The position numbers and the translations under genes were made by a program. DNA of 63,513 nucleotides, the filler included, from Craspedostauros australis (taxonomy: Eukaryota): NCBI GenBank assembly GCA_030167865.1. It is 10 parts of 10 records of this genome, joined end to end, with 100 filler letters (N's around TTAATTAATTAA, not from the genome) between each part and the next. Parts side by side here need not be neighbours in the genome. Positions count along the whole stretch, not along the records: positions 55,063 to 61,175 come from JALAGF010006002.1; positions 61,276 to 63,513 come from JALAGF010006003.1; 8 more parts are not named here. The stretch is one strand, 5' to 3'. The notes under the pieces were generated by a model. That model was not told the origin of the DNA. It did not search any database and was given only the letters and a program-made list of their open reading frames with translations. This document shows, one piece after another, positions 55,515-63,513 of this stretch (position 1 is the first letter of the stretch; the number at the start of each line of letters is the position of its first letter).

Positions 55515-58500
55515 TTCATGTACTATCTTCTTTGTTGGGTACTCTGGTGTTGAGGATTTGTAGTTTCTTTATTGTTGCCAATTACTTTGCAGTATATTCG
55601 ATGCTTGATCCTTTTCTGCTGCTGGTTGCTTCCTGTTAGATCTTCTCTGTGAATTGGGTTGTGGTTGGATGCTCCTCGTTCTGAATGTTCTTCATTGCTT
55701 CACTACTGGTTGCCAAATGTCATGTGGTGGTGCTCACTGCTAACCCACTAGTACCTGGTTGAAGCCAGATACTCTTCTCGATATTGAGCCGTGTTTGAAT
55801 TCATTGGCAGTGGTTGGAAGCCCTTTTGCTTCTTCTGGAAACTGCCTACTACTTGTTGATCAATGACAATGTTCCCAGATCTTGCTGAATGCAGTCTTCT
55901 GATCGGTTGGTTGTTTCAGGAAGCAGTCTGCGCTCTGAATTCTGTGTGGTGCCAGTGATTTGTATGTGCATTGGTGTTTGCCGGATGTTGCCTTTCATGC
56001 CTTTGACAGGATGCGATGCTCTCCGTTTGTTGCGACATACACTGATGATCTGTACTGCATGCTGTGCTCTCTGCCCATCAGTTGCTTCCAGCCAGATGCT
56101 CTGCTATTGACCATCAGCCGAATATACAACTTCTGAAGACTACTGTGATGTTCATTCCACAGGCTCAATGCTCAGCCATCCACAAGGCTCTGAATGCACC
56201 AACTTACTGAGCATTGTCCTTGCCGCTGTGATGTCAGTGTTGTTGAGGCTGCTGTTGTCCTGATTCACAGCGTTTGCAGCTCGTTGTGCATTGCCAACTG
56301 CTTTTCACTGCCCTTTGCCCAGCGACATCATGTGGGATGAGAATTTGGCCTGCAGTGGGAGTGCAAGGAGATGCAGCTCCAGATCCACCATTGCCCTTCA
56401 ACCATACTTGTATTCCTTGTGTGTCGGTACAAAGTGTTGACGATGGTTGCTGCATCTGCTGACAATGCTGCAGTAGGCGTTGGTGGAGTAGCTTGGTAGA
56501 TTTCTCCGCTGGTGTGTTCATGAGATGGTGGTGTCTCATGGNNNNNNNNNNNNNNNNNNNNNNNNNNNNNNNNNNNNNNNNNNNNNNNNNNAATATACAA
56601 CTTCTGAAGACTACTGTGATGTTCATTCCACAGGCTCAATGCTCAGCCATCCACAAGGCTCTGAATGCACCAACTTACTGAGCATTGTCCTTGCCGCTGT
56701 GATGTCAGTGTTGTTGAGGCTGCTGTTGTCCTGATTCACAGCGTTTGCAGCTCGTTGTGCATTGCCAACTGCTTTTCACTGCCCTTTGCCCAGCGACATC
56801 ATGTNNNNNNNNNNNNNNNNNNNNNNNNNNNNNNNNNNNNNNNNNNNNNNNNNNNNNNNNNNNNNNNNNNNNNNNNNNNNNNNNNNNNNNNNNNNNNNNN
56901 NNNNNNNNNNNNNNNNNNNNNNNNNNNNNNNNNNNNNNNNNNNNTAGGCGTTGGTGGAGTAGCTTGGTAGATTTCTCCGCTGGTGTGTTCATGAGATGGT
57001 GGTGTCTCATGGTCGTCGACGATGCTGTCGATACTGAACTACGCAGTGACATTCTGCTCAGCACACACTGAGCATATCTTCGACGGCCACAATGGAGTCG
57101 TTGTTAATGATAAGGTTGACCTGCGGCCCTGGTTGACTTGCTGTGCTGGATGCAATTGCGTTGTTGTTCAGTTTCTGTGGTGGATGGTGTTGTTGGGACG
57201 AATCTGTTGGTCCACCCAACGCCTCCCACCAAACCATGCGTTGAATTTGTTAAGTTCGAATGCTTTGCGAGAACCAGATACTGTCTGTCCGTGACCCGCA
57301 TACATACGTCATGATAATGAGACGAAGTGATTGGACAATGAATACTGATGATGACGTTTGACGAATGTCAATGATAAAATACGAGTACCAACGGATAATT
57401 TCAAATTTGAATTTCAAACGTTCACATTTCTCAGTAGACGAAATTGCGTAGATCGTTGCCATCCAATACGAGTAACGTTAATGAGGTTGCGCGAGCCAAT
57501 ATTTAAAATGGACACTCTCGCTTTGAATTTATGGTGACTAAAGGGGTTCCACCATTGCTTCTTCTCCAGCTTACTCACTGCCACCCAGAAGACTGCATGT
57601 ACTTCAATACTTCATAAATGATTTCCTTCAAAGACTTGGGACGATTTCTTCGACAAGGGTTGAATTGGACGACTGAGATCGAACACATGTGAACAAGGAC
57701 ATTCGTCACAGTACAACACGGCGATGCACGAGACTGAGCATGTCAATCCCATTCTCCATCGTTATCTCGCTCTTTCAGAAGCTATTATACTCGATTACCC
57801 CCTGTCCATTGGAAGTACCGCCTTCACCATCATAATCCTGTACGCAGTGAAACGAGAATGAGGAGGGGAAGAGCAGTTTGGGCAGCTGCACACGTTGACA
57901 CCGCGAGTTGACCATGTTGTGAGCACCGAATAATTTTCCGTCTGCCCGTCTGTGCGGAAATCGGCATCAAGTTTTGCCTCTGACCAACGAAAAACAGATT
58001 CTCGAACTCGTGAACAAACCAAAATGTCATGAGATAGTCCCAAACTCGAGAAAAACAACACGACAGATCGTGGGCTCCATTCGAGGTAGCCTGCCCAACT
58101 TCATCACCTCATAACTTTAAATGTAAGATCCCCCTGGAGCTTTAATCTCGTATTATGAATCTAAGTATGATAAAGTGTATGTGCGCCAAGTCTCATCTAA
58201 ATCGAAGGACCAAAATCAAAGAATCCTGCCTGGACCGCACCGCTATTGACTCACACGGGTCATATTCTGGATATGTTTATTGAGTCTGTTGTGAGCGACG
58301 AAAATAGTAGTACTAGCATGGTTTCGAAGCAAGAACTCTACTAGAAGACAACTCCGTTGTAGACATCGATAGAAGTTTTATGATTGGATAATCACAAATC
58401 TCCGCGTGGAAATGACACTTTTGCCGGGACTCTCTGAGTGGAAACGATTTCCATTTCTGCTGCAGAAGTGGAAATCATGTCCACTCAGCGAGGGGGTGAT

Positions 58501-58683
58501 TTCTCGCCACCCCCGGAAAAATGTCTCTATCAGGTTATGACTCCCCTGTGGGACTGGGTGAGTAGAATGCGAAACTCCTCTATTATTTGTGAGTGTTGTC
58601 CGAAGACAACCCCCGACCAGTATTTGACTAGTACGATTAGTAAAGAAGTGAGAAGTGAGAAGTAAGGAATTCAGTGAAAATTG

Positions 58684-60647
58684 TCACGCCCCTTGATCTC
58701 GAGGTAGACCTGCATAGAACAGAGTTGTGACAAATGATGTGAGTTCTGGCTTTGCCAGTGCCTTTGTGAGCATATCCGCAAAGTTCCGTGTTGATGGGAC
58801 GTAGACTGGTACAAGGATTCCAGCTCCCACAGCCTCCCGGACTCTGTGGAATGATATTGCCACATGCTTCTTTTGTAGCAAGCTGTCTGCAATGGTCGTG
58901 TTCGATATCACTGCAGCATTGTCGCCGAACGTGATCGTTGGCGCTTTGACTGTGACTCCCAGCGATCGGAGTGCATACCGGAGTGCAATGATTTCCTCTG
59001 TTGCTGAGCGCATTGCATTGAATTCTGCTCCGTATGTGGATGTTGCGACTGACGTCTGTCGTTTGCTGGAGAAGTGTACTGGGGTACGCCCCAGGAATAT
59101 GATGATGCCGGTGTTCGATCTCCGTGTGACCAGATCATGTGCATGGTCCGCATTGACGAAGGCGCACATCTGGATCTCAGGATGTATCGCTGCCAGTGCC
59201 TGATCGTCAATGTCCTCGGTCGCTTTGGGGTACTCTTCCTTCATCTGTGCAACCATCTCTGGGTTGGGCGATTCTGGATTGAAGTTCTCGAATGCGATGG
59301 GCTTTGAGTCAATCATGGTTCTGAGCATTGATTTGTTCTTGAGGTATCCCCATATCTTGAGTGCTCATGTGAGATGCCCTTTCCCTGGTGTCGACGTGAA
59401 GCGTGAGAGAGAAGAGGTTGCAAATGCGACGTCAAAACGTCCGAGCTGTACAACCCAGTTCAGCATGCCGATGAGCTGCTGGAACTGTTGTTGCTCGTCA
59501 GGTGTTAGTAGTGGCATATCATCTGTTTCTGGATGATCCTTGCTCTTCATGGGTACATGTTGATCATGCAGTTCCCCATGGAGCCGTTTGATCTTGTCCA
59601 GAGCATTGGAAATGTATTTGTTGCATCCGACGCTCCATTTTCCTTTTGCGTTCCTGGAATAATCGTTGCCAAGGTAGTACTTCAGTGATCCAATGTCTTT
59701 GACTGTGTAGACTTGTTGGATTGTTTTCATGTACTGATCTGGGTCTTTGGCGACTATCTTGAAGTCGTCGACGTGGGTGCAGATGTAATCGTAGCCAGAG
59801 TCGTCTCTGTGCTGGATCCATACATCTTGATCGTGCCGTGATGGCATGAATCCCATTGATGAGAGTGTGTTAGCGAAGCGTGTATGGAATCTTTGAGCGC
59901 TCAACCGAAGACTGTACAATGCTTTCTTGAGCACAATGACTTGTCCTTCTTTGTCATCGAATGCCTTTCCTGCTGTCGTGTAGATCTTCTCATTGGTGTA
60001 CGCATTGATGAATGCGTTGCCGATGTCGCTGCATAGCTGTTGCAGGTTGTTTGCATCTCCTATCGCATCGAGGATGCGAACGCTTGTCGACTTGACGGTT
60101 GATGAGTAGACTTGGATGTTATCAGCCAGCTAGATGAGATGTCCGCCTGCTACCAAGCGCCCCTTGCGTCACAGGTCTTGCTTGACCGCGAATATGAGTC
60201 GGAGTTTCATGCTCTGGTAGTCTGCTGGTGGTTGGTATGTCGATGGGTGGAATTTGAAACAGTCAAGTTCGATCAATGCGTCGATCTCTTTCTTCGCCGC
60301 GTCTCTCCATAGGTGATTCCCATTGGCTTCATCCAGTTGCAGTGCATGTTTCATGTTGCATGGGACCTCAACACTGTATTGGTATACAGTTGCAAAGTAG
60401 TCTCGTTTCGGCTTTTTCTTGCCTGGGCGGATTCGTCTGGTGATGATGATGTTGTCATTCTCATCCATTGTGAAGGCTCGAGTTTGCTCGATTCTGCGGA
60501 TTTTGTGCCTGATGGCTCGCAGTGCATGTTTCGCCCAGTTGCATAGGACTTGCGATTGTTGATTGTGTCGACCGTTGCGTCGTGGCTCGTTGTCAATGAT
60601 GTATCTTGCTATCATTTCTGGATGGTTTGCTTGGATCACGTCATATC
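58684..60647 (-). pseudogene. pol: Decayed, 5'-truncated copy of the Copia at 10882-13334 (half chromodomain, RT, RNase H)
   Basis: Colinear with 12251-13334 and extending through RNase H (FVNADHAHDLVTRRS, SKRQTSVATSTYGAEF, FGDN, NFADMLTK). In-frame stops at ~60169, ~60130 and 59365. Confidence 0.92.
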
Positions 60648-61275
60648 CACGAGGAAATTCTGTCGCGATAGAGGACCCCTGATGTCTCAGGAGACAAACT
60701 TTTTGACCTTTGTGCGAGGGCCTTGTCTCCTGAGACAAAACCAAAAATAACACGACGTTTCCTCGCGATGGGAAAAGTGGTCGACCAGTTGGACTAAAAC
60801 TAGAATTGGACGCTCGTCTCGTCGCACATTTTCTTCGTGTATTTTCTTCGTATTTTTTTGTTGTCCACGTTTTCACATAGTAATGGCGTAGTTTCGGACA
60901 CTCGGTAGGTGTTGTCGTAGTTTGCATTGGATATAAAGTTGATTGCTCTCTATTTTTAATGCAATACCATTGCTACTAACACACTGGCAACTACCATAAT
61001 AAGAATAACACAGAGATTAAACCCACTTATGAGGCTGTGCTGGTGGCGCTATTCTCCGCCTCCTTTCGACTTCGTGCGGAGCACGAAAGGAGCACAGAAT
61101 CTATGCTTTGTGTGTGTATGCTGTGTATGTGTCTTCTCCTTGCGTGCTGCCAAGGGAGTCTTTGCCAGTGGGGGGNNNNNNNNNNNNNNNNNNNNNNNNN
61201 NNNNNNNNNNNNNNNNNNNTTAATTAATTAANNNNNNNNNNNNNNNNNNNNNNNNNNNNNNNNNNNNNNNNNNNN

Positions 61276-63309
61276 GCAGATCGTCAAGGCGCTCTACGGC
61301 CTCCGCACTTCCGGCGCACGCTTCCACGAAGCGCTCGCAGACACACTCAGGGACCTGCACTTCTTCCAATGCAGATCAGACCCTGATGTGTGGATGCGCG
61401 ACGGTGGTGACCACTGGGAATACGTCTGCGTCTACGTGGACGACCTCATGGCCACCATGAAGGACCCACAAGCCTTCTTTGACACCCTCACTTCGGTCTA
61501 CGGATACAAGCTGAAGGGCGTCGGACCCGTCTCCTACCACCTCGGCGCAGACTTCGGTCGCGATAGCGATGGCACCATGAAAATGAGCCCGCAATCGTAC
61601 ATCAAGCGCATGCTCGGCAACTACGAGCGCATGTTCGGCTGTGCCCCTACGAAGGCCAGCTGCCCACTCGATCATTCCGACAGCCCGGAACTCGACAAGT
61701 CGCCAGAGCTCTCCGAGATCGACAAACGCAAGTTCATGTCGCTGATCGGCGCGTTACAATGGTGCATCACCCTCAGACGGTTCGACATCTCTGTCGCCGT
61801 CATGACCCTCGCACGCTTCCGTGCCGCCCCTCGCATAGGTCACCTCGAGCGCGCTCAGCGCGTCTACGGGTACCTGCGCAAGCATCCCGATGCCGCCATC
61901 CGGTTCCGCACGGGCGTCCCAAACCACGAAGAGAGTTTTGTTGTTCCCAAACACGACTGGCTCTATTCCGTGTACGGGCACACACAGGAAGAAACTGACC
62001 CAGACGTGCCCGCTCCAAAAGGCGCGATCGTCCGCACCACCACCTTTGTGGATGCAAACCTCCTCCACTGCAAGGTCACCGGCAGGTCCGCGACTGGCAT
62101 CCTTCACCTTGTTAACCAAACTCCCATCGAGTGGTTCAGCAAGCGCCAAGCCACTGTCGAGACTGCGACCTACGGGTCCGAGTTCGTTGCTGCCAGACAG
62201 GCCACCGAACAGATCATCTCTCTCCGCCTCGCTCTCCGCGAGATGGGCATTCCCATCGACGGTCCCAGCTGGATGTTTGGTGATAACCAAAGCGTCATCA
62301 CCTCGTCTACTGTGCCCATGAGCATGTTGTCCAAGAGGCACAATGCTCTCGCCTACCACAGAGTCCGCTCCGCAATCGCCGCCGGGGTCCTCTACTTCGT
62401 CAAAATCCACGGCTCCCAAAATGTGGCCGACATCATGACGAAGTTTCTACCATGGGCATCCTTCTGGCCCCTCGTCAAGCCCCTACTCTTCTGGAAGGGT
62501 NNNNNNNNNNNNNNNNNNNNNNNNNNNNNNNNNNNNNNNNNNNNNNNNNNCTCGGACGGTTCGACATCTCTGTCGCCGTCATGACCCTCGCACGCTTCCG
62601 TGCCGCCCCTCGCAAAGGTCACCTCGAGCGCGCACAACGCGTCTACGGGTACCTGCGCAANNNNNNNNNNNNNNNNNNNNNNNNNNNNNNNNNNNNNNNN
62701 NNNNNNNNNNNNNNNNNNNNNNNNNNNNNNNNNNNNNNNNNNNNNNNNNNNNNNNNNNNNNNNNNNNNNNNNNNNNNNNNNNNNNNNNNNNNNNNNNNNN
62801 NNNNNNNNNNNNNNNNNNNNNNNNNNNNNNNNNNNNNNNNNNNNNNNNNNNNNNNNNNNNNNNNNNNNNNNNNNNNNNNNNNNCACCTTGTTAACCAAAC
62901 TCCCATCGAGTGGTTCAGCAAGCGCCAAGCCACTGTCGAGACTGCGACCTACGGGTCCGAGTTCGTTGCCGCCCGACAGGCCACCGAACAGATCATCTCT
63001 CTCCGCCTCGCTCTTCGCGAGATGGGCATTCCCATCGACGGTCCCAGCTGGATGTTCGGTGATAACCAAAGTGTCATCACCTCATCTACTGTGCCCATGA
63101 GCATGTTGTCCAAGCGGCACAATGCTCTCGCCTACCACAGAGTCCGCTCCGCCATCGCAGCCGGGGTCCTCTACTTCGTCAAAATACACGGCTCACAAAA
63201 TGTGGCCGACATCATGACCAAGTTCCTGCCATGGGCATCCTTCTGGCCCCTCGTCAAGCCTCTGCTCTTCTGGAAGGGTAACAGCCCCTCTCCGGNNNNN
63301 NNCACCTGA
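61276..63309 (+). mobile_element. pol: Ty1/Copia (CoDi1-like) RT-RNase H, 5' truncated
   Basis: KALYGL, YVCVYVDDL, FVDANLLHC..TGRS, SKRQATVETATYGSEF, FGDNQSV, HRVR, NVADIMTK. 62551-63279 duplicates 61773-62500 across a 50-N gap. Confidence 0.93.
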
Positions 63310-63336
63310 ACTGCTACCTACATCGAGACACACTTT

Positions 63337-63513
63337 GGGGAGTATTAGCTCAAACTAGTATTCCTATTAGTCGTGTTAAGATTTAGTCTAGTTAGTCAAA
63401 TGAACGACTGCTCAGAGTTTGAGCGGGACTGAAGCGTGACTCGATGTCGGTGGGATGGGGTCCCACCCTCGAATCGTGCTCTACTTAAGACGATGTCGCG
63501 TGTCCGCTGAATT
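63337..63513 (+). mobile_element. Putative polypurine tract (GGGGAG) and start of the 3' LTR (TATTAG...)
   Basis: A short purine run ~30 bp after the pol stop, followed by an AT-richer stretch. No second LTR copy is available to confirm it. Confidence 0.45.

Noticed and set aside
58540..58620. Exact PPT/3' LTR start for the decayed Copia
   Set aside because: Two G-rich candidates exist on the minus strand and no second LTR copy is available to choose between them.
10826..61231. TTAATTAATTAA recurring nine times (piggyBac TTAA sites or a biological motif)
   Set aside because: It is always centred in 44+44 Ns: an artificial six-frame-stop linker. Gene neighbourhoods across it cannot be trusted.
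2407..63279. Apparent short tandem duplications flanking 50-N gaps (2910-3359, 4835-4863, 8850-9279, 16765-17240, 19971-20332, 31614-31715, 51361-51678, 56592-57010, 62551-63279)
   Set aside because: Near-identical contig-end overlaps around fixed 50-N gaps are typical of unresolved haplotypes or repeats in short-read scaffolds. The associated frameshifts are not treated as real.

Overview
This is eukaryotic nuclear DNA, most likely from a diatom (inferred from bipartite 'AF/AFAP' plastid-targeting presequences, diatom-type CoDi Ty1/Copia elements and FAS1 surface proteins). It is not one locus. Nine artificial 100-bp linkers (44 N + TTAATTAATTAA + 44 N) join ten draft scaffolds, and many internal 50-N gaps are flanked by duplicated contig ends. 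Contents by scaffold: (1) 1-10781, the interior of a giant modular Ser-rich protein gene; (2-4, 9, 10) pieces of at least three Copia families, including a chromodomain-bearing pol with an HVDD RT motif, a CpG-decayed copy of it, and an LTR nested in another element's integrase; (5) a STAND/AAA ATPase fragment; (6) a ~4.9-kb tandem cassette of an acidic, possibly tail-anchored gene set head-to-head with an RNI-like LRR gene, whose two copies differ mainly at predicted ligand-facing LRR positions; (7) 20-bp repeat arrays, three tandem 4xFAS1 GPI-type adhesin genes, a hAT-like MITE, a divergent pair of plastid-targeted genes (one DUF1995-like), a 1407-aa STAND-TPR gene and a decayed Harbinger-type transposase; (8) probable transposon accessory ORFs. 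The best candidate for an undescribed system is the hypervariable LRR cassette, possibly part of an innate-immune or recognition repertoire together with the effector-less STAND-TPR proteins. All family calls come from motif recognition by eye; no searches were run.
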